Source: a virus
Length of the DNA: 64,000 bases
Strand: one strand, 5' to 3'
IMG/VR virus record: IMGVR_UViG_3300046816_000078
In this document: positions 8,260 through 16,725 of the stretch, in pieces
How positions within the stretch are numbered: position 1 is the stretch's first letter
How the letters are laid out: every line of letters begins with the position of its first letter
Made by a program: the position numbers and the translations under genes
The notes under the pieces: model-generated
The model's input: only the letters and a program-made list of their open reading frames with translations
Database searches by the model: none
Told to the model about the DNA's origin: nothing

Positions 8260-9186
8260 TTAGCTGTAGCCCTTATCCTTTTCCCACGCGGCCAGTGCAT
8301 CAGTAAGATACTTCTTAGGTCGCGAAGAATCGCCGTACCTTGCCGCTGCCCTGATTAGAGCAAGCTCCGCAGCATCCGGTCCATTAGCAGGGGGCGGAGG
8401 CGGTGGAGGCGGTGGAGTGACAGTGGGGAATGGATTCGGAAGGTTAGTGAGAGCTGCGAACTGGGCACCGAAATCGTACTTGTTCACACCCTCTGGGTCC
8501 TTACCAGAAGCCGCGTTAATCCAGTCTTCCGAGATAAGCGCCCACGCTTCTACGAAGTACTTCTTGAAGAACGCATAGGTTACCTTCTGGATTCCGCCCC
8601 ATGTTGCCACATACAGATAAGCGTCAGAGTAACCGACGAGCAGGACGCAATGCCCGCCCTCGATCTGGGTATTCGTGGAAGAAACATCCCAAGGCTTGCC
8701 CTGATTAAACTGATCCATAGCGAACGCGGGGAAATTCAGAGCCAGATCAACAGCGCCAAACTCCGCAACAGCGTTCTTGATATCGTTCATATTATTGATA
8801 TCGAGCTGCGCGAATGCCGCGATCTTATGGCCACCGAATCCGTACTTCATCTGGTAGCCCAGACCGTTCTGTAGCGTGTCGCCCTGGTCAGTGTTCGGGT
8901 CGGACGGGTCGAAGCCTGTCATCTGCGAATAAGCCCCAAGTGCTTGCTGTTCACTGACAACGTAAGCTGCACCCTGACCAAAGAATGTCTGCTGTACGGT
9001 AATGTGCCCGTCCGCTGCGTAAACGCAATCTCCGTAGTTGTCGTTGCCTAGCATGTCATTCGGAATGAAGGCCGTATAGTCAACGGTAGACGGTGGAATT
9101 ACACCAGCCTTTGCGAACATGCGGTAATAGAGTCGGGGCTTACTCGGATCATTGGGCTTTACACCGGGAGTAAACTGAATAGTCAT
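8260..9186 (-). CDS. Endolysin, papain-like cysteine peptidase with poly-Pro linker and C-terminal domain
   Basis: Candidate catalytic Cys (NYGDCVYAADGH) and His (EGGHCVLLVGY). PPPPPPPPP linker. Adjacent to the GH25 lysin. Confidence 0.65.
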   Translation of the reverse strand: MTIQFTPGVKPNDPSKPRLYYRMFAKAGVIPPSTVDYTAFIPNDMLGNDNYGDCVYAADGHITVQQTFFGQGAAYVVSEQQALGAYSQMTGFDPSDPNTDQGDTLQNGLGYQMKYGFGGHKIAAFAQLDINNMNDIKNAVAEFGAVDLALNFPAFAMDQFNQGKPWDVSSTNTQIEGGHCVLLVGYSDAYLYVATWGGIQKVTYAFFKKYFVEAWALISEDWINAASGKDPEGVNKYDFGAQFAALTNLPNPFPTVTPPPPPPPPPANGPDAAELALIRAAARYGDSSRPKKYLTDALAAWEKDKGYS

Positions 9187-9191
9187 TTAAG

Positions 9192-9536
9192 TTACCCTTC
9201 ATTCGGGATTTGTTCAACGGTTCCTGCGGCCACACACGCATCAAATCCTTGGGTGGCCAATGTCAATTGTGTTTGTCGCGGAGGATGATCCAGCAAATTC
9301 TGCTGATCGGCAGTTAGCGTACCGCCAAGATGCAGCGCTCGCATATACCACATCATCCGATGGATTGTGTAATGGCAGCTATCGCAAAGGCTCGCAAGGT
9401 TTTCCTGAACGGTTGGCCCGCCTGCCTCGTGCGGCTGTATGTGATGCAAAACAAATCGCACCACATAAGGGACGTGGTAAGTAGTTACCTGACAGGACGT
9501 TGGCTTAGGAAACGCTGCCAGTAGTTGATCATCCAT
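9192..9536 (-). CDS. HNH endonuclease
   Basis: HHIQPHEAGGP...NLASLCDSCHYTIH motif. Sits between the holin and the endolysins. Confidence 0.75.
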   Translation of the reverse strand: MDDQLLAAFPKPTSCQVTTYHVPYVVRFVLHHIQPHEAGGPTVQENLASLCDSCHYTIHRMMWYMRALHLGGTLTADQQNLLDHPPRQTQLTLATQGFDACVAAGTVEQIPNEG

Positions 9537-9898
9537 TACTTAGGCGATCCGAAAGGATTACGTGTCGTAGGCGGAAGCGGATCAGCCGGTTTGGCGTTAA
9601 CCATCTTGGCATCACTCTGCCCTGCCATAGGCGTATCTAGCACAGAAGCCTTACCCTTGATAGTAGGCACAAGTCCCGCCTTAACGTTATCGACCTTGGT
9701 AACAGGGATAACGCCTGCGTGAACCAGGATGCCGAAGATACCTGCGACAATTGCTGCCGTCGCTGCAAGCTGATCGACGCTGAAATGCAGACCGAACGAA
9801 GCGGCCAGCACTACTACGATATTTCCGATAGCCGCTGCTGCGGCCGGGTACTTGGCAATCAGCGTCCAGATTCCAACTACCGCATTGAGTATTTTCAT
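9536..9898 (-). CDS. Holin-like membrane protein
   Basis: 120 aa with 2-3 predicted TM helices followed by a charged C-terminal tail. Position is immediately upstream of the lysins. Confidence 0.55.
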   Translation of the reverse strand: MKILNAVVGIWTLIAKYPAAAAAIGNIVVVLAASFGLHFSVDQLAATAAIVAGIFGILVHAGVIPVTKVDNVKAGLVPTIKGKASVLDTPMAGQSDAKMVNAKPADPLPPTTRNPFGSPK

Positions 9899-9899
9899 G

Positions 9900-10259
9900 T
9901 TAACTTCCTTCTAGGTCATCATTGTATTTGCGCAGCCGGTCAACTTCACTAGCGAGCGAGCGATTGCTAATTGTGAGGTGGGCAAGCTGTCCGTCGAGAG
10001 CGTAATTTGCATCCGTCAAAGACTGTACCTTGGATTCCAGCAAATTAACACGCACTCGCAATCCTTCCACCTGCTGTTCCGAAACCCGTAGGGCACTTTC
10101 GTAAATCAACTGAGCACGTTCGTAAGCCTTCTGGTCAATCGCATCTCTTGCCGTTACTTCACTGGAGCGATTAGCTCGCGCAGCACCAAGGTAGGCACCG
10201 ACTCCAATCATTACTGCTAGTACACCTAGCAGAACTTCAACGATTAGTGACTGATTCAT
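9900..10259 (-). CDS. Membrane-anchored coiled-coil protein (lysis accessory?)
   Basis: N-terminal TM (LIVEVLLGVLAVMIGVGAYLG) followed by heptad-like helical sequence. Confidence 0.5.
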   Translation of the reverse strand: MNQSLIVEVLLGVLAVMIGVGAYLGAARANRSSEVTARDAIDQKAYERAQLIYESALRVSEQQVEGLRVRVNLLESKVQSLTDANYALDGQLAHLTISNRSLASEVDRLRKYNDDLEGS

Positions 10260-10714
10260 TCCCTATCACCCGCTCCATTAATTAGTTCGGAAGGCGGCGG
10301 GGGCAATTTACGAAAGCGAACGCGGGACCTTTCGGGCCACGTGCTAACCATAAATACCGTCAGCGCAAATGAGATCCAGATAAGCCCTTGAAGCGCCGCA
10401 TAAGGTACGACGGAACTGTGGAAGATGCCCAAGTTGAACCACTCAAAAGCAAAGCCTACCTTAACAGCACAGGCTGCGCCGTAAGCATATTTGTCACCTC
10501 GCTTAAGGAACGCTCCGACAAATGTAATGATGGCAACAGCAAACCAGATGTACGCCCAGTCGTGAATGGGCAGAAACAAATCAAACCCAATCTTGGGGCT
10601 ATGGAGAAAAGTCCACCCGTAAGTGATATCGATCACAGTGAGGAATAGCAAGAATGCGCCGCGATGACCAATCCTGTGTACTAGATTATCTAGGTATTTC
10701 ATCGGGCCTATCAT
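10256..10714 (-). CDS. Integral membrane protein (about 4 TM)
   Basis: 152-aa hydrophobic ORF with an ATGA overlap with the downstream gene. Confidence 0.55.
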   Translation of the reverse strand: MIGPMKYLDNLVHRIGHRGAFLLFLTVIDITYGWTFLHSPKIGFDLFLPIHDWAYIWFAVAIITFVGAFLKRGDKYAYGAACAVKVGFAFEWFNLGIFHSSVVPYAALQGLIWISFALTVFMVSTWPERSRVRFRKLPPPPSELINGAGDRE

Positions 10715-11222
10715 CCTCGCTGTCTTTGTCTTCGTCGTCAGTAACTAGCTCGGAACTAGTAATGATGTATAGCGTCTGTTTGTACGTCTTAACTACGCTT
10801 GGCGTTACTTCTGTCACAGGTTCCGGCCAGATGGTGCAAACCAATTGAACGAAGCCAAGCCCCAGCCACGACATAGACGCAACCCAGCCAAAGGGAGCAG
10901 CCCAGAACCCTGTCAGGATAAATGCCCAGAAGAAGGATACTGACGCTGCTATGGCAGGCGGAAACCTGCCCCATTTAAGCAAAGCGCCCAACGTTAGAAG
11001 TGTGCCATCTATGATAAACATCAGCCCGAAACCGAAATTCGGAATTCCAAGAGCCGAAGTAAAGGTAGGCTGATATCCGGCAACTAGGCCGAATCCATAA
11101 CCCAGTGTGGTAAAAGCGAACGCAAGAAGCAATATGCCCCTTTGGCCAAGACTTTGGGGCAGCTTGCGCAACATCTGCACAATAGCCATAACCCTGTTAT
11201 TCATGTTATACCTTCTCATCAT
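10686..11222 (-). CDS. Integral membrane protein (about 5 TM)
   Basis: Start moved to MMRRYNMNN (11222) because the track start overlaps the upstream tail gene. Highly hydrophobic with an acidic C-terminal tail. Confidence 0.5.
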   Translation of the reverse strand: MMRRYNMNNRVMAIVQMLRKLPQSLGQRGILLLAFAFTTLGYGFGLVAGYQPTFTSALGIPNFGFGLMFIIDGTLLTLGALLKWGRFPPAIAASVSFFWAFILTGFWAAPFGWVASMSWLGLGFVQLVCTIWPEPVTEVTPSVVKTYKQTLYIITSSELVTDDEDKDSEDDRPDEIPR

Positions 11223-11250
11223 AACGGGCTGTTCCCCAACGCCCCGTACA

Positions 11251-11796
11251 TTAGTTCGGACCAAGCCAGAGAATGCTAATCCTCGGGCAGTTATTAAGAG
11301 CGCTGAGAGTGAGAGCATCCACACCTGATCCGTTCCAAGAGTTGAGCTGAATGTAATCGCCAACGCCCAGTGCTACGGTACCATTCAGAGAATGGCCAAA
11401 GTCAACAGTCGCGCCAAATCCACCATCGCGCTTTTGCTGGCGGTAAAGGAGAAAGGCGCTATTGCCGTTTAGCCACAATCCAAGGCCATACGTGTTAGCG
11501 GCACCGGGGTTACGATAATCCACATTCGCCCAAACATGATAAATGCCGGGGCGCTGTGCATAGAAGTTAGTAGTAGGCAAAGTTTCCTGAACCATACCAT
11601 CGTCATCATTATCGATTGTGTTAAAAGTTACCGCGTGCCAGCTATTAATTGCGCTTGTTTGGTCAACGGAGGAATGAGCTGTCAGCAAAGGTCGCCGCAA
11701 CAGTACGATATTCTGATCTCTAATTCGAGCATTAAGCGTAGCCGCGTCTAGTTTGTCGCCCACCTTCCACGAGTCAGGATATTTCCACCCATCCAT
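11251..11796 (-). CDS. Minor tail protein (paralog 3)
   Basis: Start at MDGWKYPDSWKVGDKLDAATLNARIRDQN. Shares the N-terminal W-x-G-x-x-I/L-x-A-x-x-LN-x-x-IRD motif with the two upstream genes. Confidence 0.6.
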   Translation of the reverse strand: MDGWKYPDSWKVGDKLDAATLNARIRDQNIVLLRRPLLTAHSSVDQTSAINSWHAVTFNTIDNDDDGMVQETLPTTNFYAQRPGIYHVWANVDYRNPGAANTYGLGLWLNGNSAFLLYRQQKRDGGFGATVDFGHSLNGTVALGVGDYIQLNSWNGSGVDALTLSALNNCPRISILWLGPN

Positions 11797-11804
11797 AATG
11801 ATCC

Positions 11805-12944
11805 TTACTTGTAGTAGGTGAAGTGCAATGAGGCTGGCGCACCAGCAGCACCGTACATGAATCCGTAGTACGTTAGGCTTGTACTCGGACCTGGACCAAA
11901 AGCCATTCCTGTAATCGTACCATTCTGGAATGCCCAGCAATGCCAGGGAGTTAGGTTCACGCTATAGGTACGACCAGCTACGCAAGAGCCGCGCCGAATC
12001 TGATTCGTAAATACGTGATTCGACGCCCATGTAGCAGGCTTCGATGCATAGTTATGAGAACCGATAACGGCGGTAAGTCCTGCATTGTAGTAACTGTGCT
12101 GAACCTTAAACGTAAAGTAACCCGTGATATTGGTCGCTCCTGCCAGGGTGCTTTCGATAGATGCGAAGTTGAACCCAACGAGAGATTTCGTGTTACCTCG
12201 GTTACTATCATAACGACCTTGGTAACAATAACTGGAATCATCCCAGGTAGTAGTATTATCCCCATCGTAAGTACGACTATACGTAGCACCGAATGCAGCC
12301 GTATGCTGAGTTGGCGTATGCGCTGTTGGAGGCGTACTCTTAGGCGGCGTTGGCGAAGATCCTGTGCTAGTTCCAGTAGTCGGATCAAAGGTCAAATTCA
12401 ATGCTGCGGTAGAAATCAGCCTAATAGCAAGCCTGGTTTCCGCGACGACATTTAGCGCAGCGCCCGACACTTGAAGAACATTGGTAGTAATTACATCGCC
12501 AGCGTTCATCGCGAGAACAACGGAACAGCCCTGATTCGTAACACTCGTCGTAGACGCCTGACCGCCAGTTGCCGCAACCTCGGTACCATTAACAGCAATA
12601 TGGGTAGCTCGCAAGTCTGTAGCATTAGCAGCAAATGACGCAGTATGCTGAATGGAGTAAATGCCGGGGCGCTGAATTGTTACATTAGCAGACGGCGCGG
12701 TAAACATATTGTCCGTGTCAATAATCTCGGTATCGTAAATGACGTTTACGGAGGTGTTATTCGCAATCGACTGGTTAGCCGTTCTGGTAACAATAGTGGT
12801 AGGCGCATAAGCTAGGAATTTCTGCACGTCTCGAATATTCCTGTTGAGCGCATCGGCAGTAATGGGCTGACCAGCAACCCAAGTATCGGGCACCGGATAT
12901 CCATAGATATCGCTTACGTCCTGGCTATCGCTGGTACCTGTCAC
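11805..12944 (-). CDS. Minor tail protein / tail fibre (paralog 2)
   Basis: 379 aa with the same N-terminal motif (TWVAGQPITADALNRNIRDV), a Thr/Pro-rich linker and a beta-rich C-terminal domain. Confidence 0.6.
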   Translation of the reverse strand: MTGTSDSQDVSDIYGYPVPDTWVAGQPITADALNRNIRDVQKFLAYAPTTIVTRTANQSIANNTSVNVIYDTEIIDTDNMFTAPSANVTIQRPGIYSIQHTASFAANATDLRATHIAVNGTEVAATGGQASTTSVTNQGCSVVLAMNAGDVITTNVLQVSGAALNVVAETRLAIRLISTAALNLTFDPTTGTSTGSSPTPPKSTPPTAHTPTQHTAAFGATYSRTYDGDNTTTWDDSSYCYQGRYDSNRGNTKSLVGFNFASIESTLAGATNITGYFTFKVQHSYYNAGLTAVIGSHNYASKPATWASNHVFTNQIRRGSCVAGRTYSVNLTPWHCWAFQNGTITGMAFGPGPSTSLTYYGFMYGAAGAPASLHFTYYK

Positions 12945-13489
12945 GCTCCACGCCTCCTAGTAACTGAGAACAACGGAGTAAGCCCCGTCGCTGTAATTGT
13001 CTGACTCGCGCCCGCATTCTGCCATAGCATAAATTCAACATAGTCGGAGGTAGCTAGCTTAATCAAAACGGATACGGTGGCGTTAAGCGTCACTACCGGC
13101 GATCCGCAATTTTGCGATCCGCCGAAATAGAAAACAGAACCATTAACGCGCATTGCCGCTGTTAGAATCACGGCAGCCGTAGGAGTTGTGCATCTGGCCG
13201 TACCAATACATTCGTACCATCCGGGGGACTGAGCAGTTACCTTAGTGTTTGCACCCGAACTCCATTGCGGACTAGTGTCAGTACTCAAGGTATCGTACAA
13301 TAGCGTATCGAATCCTACCGCCGTCCAAGTGATATTCGTCAACGTAAGGTTAGTTGTCCGCTGCAAGCCTACGGCGGGAGGATTGAGCAGCAGAAGATAG
13401 GCATCACGAACCTCAGCATTAAGGTTCGCGTCCGTCAAATCTGCTGACCCATCCGCCCAAGTCATCGGCGTAATGTCCGTAACCGGCAT
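12941..13489 (-). CDS. Minor tail protein (paralog 1)
   Basis: 182 aa with N-terminal TWADGSADLTDANLNAEVRDA motif. Confidence 0.6.
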   Translation of the reverse strand: MPVTDITPMTWADGSADLTDANLNAEVRDAYLLLLNPPAVGLQRTTNLTLTNITWTAVGFDTLLYDTLSTDTSPQWSSGANTKVTAQSPGWYECIGTARCTTPTAAVILTAAMRVNGSVFYFGGSQNCGSPVVTLNATVSVLIKLATSDYVEFMLWQNAGASQTITATGLTPLFSVTRRRGA

Positions 13490-13500
13490 TTAATCCTCCA

Positions 13501-16500
13501 TTACCAGGCAACTACGACGGTTCCAGTCGTATCCCTGCTCGTATTGTTCAAAATCCCAAACGGAATAGCGGCCGAAGTATCGTAAGTGACGTTCCATTCG
13601 TCATCAGTAATCTCATAGGACCAGCCCTCAATGTAAAGATCCAGCGTTGTAACTTGCTCGATCGACGGCAGCCCGGTAATGTGAATGATATTCCACATTT
13701 GCTGCGTAAACAACGTCGTCCAGTTCTGCAAGAAATGAGCCCGGATCAGAACTGAATCACAGCGCTGTACGGGATCGGCATAAAAGGCCGTCAGGTATTC
13801 ACCATTGTATCTTGCGTCATCCACGTTGAGTTGAATGGTATCGACATCCTTATTGTAAACTCCATGAAGAAGCTGCGAATTCAGATCATTAGACACCTGC
13901 GTAGAATTAGCACCTAGCCGTTTAATGTTAGCCTGGTTGATAAGCAACTGATCGTCTGTTATCTCGGTCATGCCAACGTCAACCTGCCCGGCTGTAACCG
14001 TGAGCCATGCGGTCGCCGTATCTTCCTTATTGATTCTGGATTTGAATGTAACCGATCCATCATCATCGATAAATAGGGTACCGCCATCAGTCCTGCTAGC
14101 TTGCTGAACAGCATTAAGCGCGGTCTGATTATCAGGCAAATGCCTATCACAGATCGTATCGCTCGGGTCCAAGTTAACGTCTGCGATACCAGCCCACTGA
14201 CAAATACGTGCAATCCGTTCATCCACCTTATCGCCAGAGAAAGCAGTACTACCCGCTTCGTAAATGTTAGCAATGGTATCTGCGTCAACCGCGTAATCGA
14301 ACAGCGCGACATGGCTGAAAGTACCAGACATGATGTGCTTTGTCGGGGATGCGTTAGCAATGCTGAGTGTCGTAATGTCGGGGAAAATCGTGGCCGTGGT
14401 TGCAACCGCGTTAGTCGCAACTTGTACGCCGTCAACATACAACGTAGAAGTAAGATTACCTCCGTCGATCTCGATTGTCGCAACTGCGAAGTGAGTCTTA
14501 CCGTTAAAGTAATTAGCCGCGCTCGTTGCGGTAGCAGTAGAATTCAATATTTCCGACTTCACCGCACCGTTAGCTTGCAGGTTGGTTCCCGAAGTGCCCC
14601 GGATTTCAGCATAAGCATATTCCATTGAACCGGCATTAGTGGGGGAAGCCTTAACCAGCGTAAGCGTGCTGCTTGTGTCAGTATCGGTCGAAGTAAACCA
14701 CGTCATAATCGTAATCGCATCAGCGTTAGTAACAGGGTTAGTCAAGGTAGTTTGCAGTACAGCGCCGTTATTGATATCGCTCTTGGTTACTACTACTGCG
14801 GGCAACCCGTCAACTGGCGGGCCTACGCCTGATCCCCATCCCAGCGTACCGCCTGCACCAAGCTGCAATAGCTTAATGCCAGCCTGCGGAGTAAGCGAGG
14901 AATTAGCACCTTCGGTAGTACTCGGATCACCGGATTCACCCAGCATATAGTAAGCTACTGGAAGTGCAGCCTTGATAGATTCCATAACAGCCGGGCCGAC
15001 GTTATTAGCGGCTAGCTGCTTAGACCTGTCTGTGGCCGCAACCTGCATAAGCGACATTTCGCCTGCCCAAGTCTTAGTCCACGAGTCTGTCAGACCTGTG
15101 AATAGATCCTTCCAATGTCCGCCGCTGACCCATGCTGACGCACTTGCAGCCTGTTCAAACTGCCATGCGCCCGCATGTACCATTACAGAACCGGGACCTG
15201 TACCAGTAGCGGGAGCAATTGCTACCCTGGCCATACTGGCGAACTGAGACTTCACATTAGAAGTGAATGCCGCTCCCACGTAAGTACCGATAGCAACTGC
15301 CGCGTTATTGTCGGTCATAACACCTGTAGCTGCATTACCGCTAGTGCAAAACGCATTAGTTCGCAGCGTAACGCTACCAGGGATAGTCCATACCGACGTG
15401 GTAGAGCTGGTGTCGAATACCACACTTTGAATCCAGCAGTTAGCTGACGTGGTTGTAATGCTAGGGGGCGTGTGCGCGAACTGGAATACTGTTTCAGTAG
15501 TCTTCGTATGCGCGTTAATCGGAGTAGCCTGGTTAGCACCTGAATAGGTCGTCATCATAGCAAGCCAGTGTTTGCCCGTCTGGTTAATGGTCCATTCGGT
15601 AACTAGGCCAATATCGTCCTGCTTAAGAATCTTCCAATATCCGGCAGCCTCGCCGCGCAAGTCAGTGATAGTCTCGAAGTTTGTCCAAGTTCCATCGGGA
15701 GCTGTAAACGTGGGCTGAGAGCCAGCATAAAGCCAAACAATCGCCAAGTCTCCGACGTTAGTTTCCTTCTGAATTGTCAGGTGGGTTTTAGTGCCGCCCC
15801 TGTTAACTCGATCGGAAGTAAAACCAGTTACCGCAATAGCTGCCGTAGCAGGACCGACCAGAGTATCATTAGCGATTGCTAGCCTAGCTGTATATGCCGT
15901 AGCAGGCGAGGTAGCCGTAACCGAGACTGTGGCGTAAGAAGTGGTGAGAGTAGTAGATGTTCCGGTACTCTCGGAAATAAACTGCCCCTTATTGTCATAC
16001 CAGAGAATACGCCCGCTAACCTTAAAGGTAATGCCAGTACCGGCTGCATCGCATTTGACCTTGACACTTCCAGTGTACTGCGTGCTAGGGCTGACATACA
16101 TGGGAATATCATCATCAGCCGACCGCGCTGAGAAATCTCCGATAATGATCCGGTTATTCACAGTGGCCAGAACACCCGTGTTCCAAATCAGAGACGAATC
16201 CTGGCCTGCTGGAAAGTCCACAAGATCCAGATCGGTTGTGCCCTGCTCAACGGCAAAGAAGTCCGCGCCATTTGTGGCAGACTGGTCATCGCTAAGCATG
16301 TTGATTGTGTCGGTAGGAACGCGAGGGTATCGCGCCCTGAATCGCACGGGTACGTCAATATTGATCAAGCCGAAATAAGGCAGGTCCGACCTGTCATTGT
16401 TAAAAGTTCCTAGAGTGTTATCAAGAGACAGTTGCATTGACCCCGAAGATACGTCATCGAAGATAACCGATCGACGCCTGGAAATTTGGATACCCTGGTT

Positions 16501-16599
16501 CGCCTCGACGTAACTGGAAAGATCCGTCCACGCTGAGCCGTCATCGGTGTTGAAAAAGCTTGCCTCGAATATCGTGTCAGGTCGCACCATAAGGGCCAT
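13501..16599 (-). CDS. Large minor tail protein (distal-tail N-terminus, lectin/LamG-like insertions)
   Basis: 1032 aa directly after the tape measure. N-terminus resembles siphophage distal tail proteins. Internal LTSTLYVDGVQVATN resembles the ConA/LamG fold signature. Confidence 0.65.
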   Translation of the reverse strand: MALMVRPDTIFEASFFNTDDGSAWTDLSSYVEANQGIQISRRRSVIFDDVSSGSMQLSLDNTLGTFNNDRSDLPYFGLINIDVPVRFRARYPRVPTDTINMLSDDQSATNGADFFAVEQGTTDLDLVDFPAGQDSSLIWNTGVLATVNNRIIIGDFSARSADDDIPMYVSPSTQYTGSVKVKCDAAGTGITFKVSGRILWYDNKGQFISESTGTSTTLTTSYATVSVTATSPATAYTARLAIANDTLVGPATAAIAVTGFTSDRVNRGGTKTHLTIQKETNVGDLAIVWLYAGSQPTFTAPDGTWTNFETITDLRGEAAGYWKILKQDDIGLVTEWTINQTGKHWLAMMTTYSGANQATPINAHTKTTETVFQFAHTPPSITTTSANCWIQSVVFDTSSTTSVWTIPGSVTLRTNAFCTSGNAATGVMTDNNAAVAIGTYVGAAFTSNVKSQFASMARVAIAPATGTGPGSVMVHAGAWQFEQAASASAWVSGGHWKDLFTGLTDSWTKTWAGEMSLMQVAATDRSKQLAANNVGPAVMESIKAALPVAYYMLGESGDPSTTEGANSSLTPQAGIKLLQLGAGGTLGWGSGVGPPVDGLPAVVVTKSDINNGAVLQTTLTNPVTNADAITIMTWFTSTDTDTSSTLTLVKASPTNAGSMEYAYAEIRGTSGTNLQANGAVKSEILNSTATATSAANYFNGKTHFAVATIEIDGGNLTSTLYVDGVQVATNAVATTATIFPDITTLSIANASPTKHIMSGTFSHVALFDYAVDADTIANIYEAGSTAFSGDKVDERIARICQWAGIADVNLDPSDTICDRHLPDNQTALNAVQQASRTDGGTLFIDDDGSVTFKSRINKEDTATAWLTVTAGQVDVGMTEITDDQLLINQANIKRLGANSTQVSNDLNSQLLHGVYNKDVDTIQLNVDDARYNGEYLTAFYADPVQRCDSVLIRAHFLQNWTTLFTQQMWNIIHITGLPSIEQVTTLDLYIEGWSYEITDDEWNVTYDTSAAIPFGILNNTSRDTTGTVVVAW

Positions 16600-16725
16600 T
16601 TAATTCTCCAAATTCTGCCTCACATACAGAAGCGGCGGTGATCCACCAAGGGCTAGTGTCCTTAGCGAGAACCACCGCCGCGTCCATTCGTATTAGCGCC
16701 AACGGCGCACGTGCGACTTTAGTCG

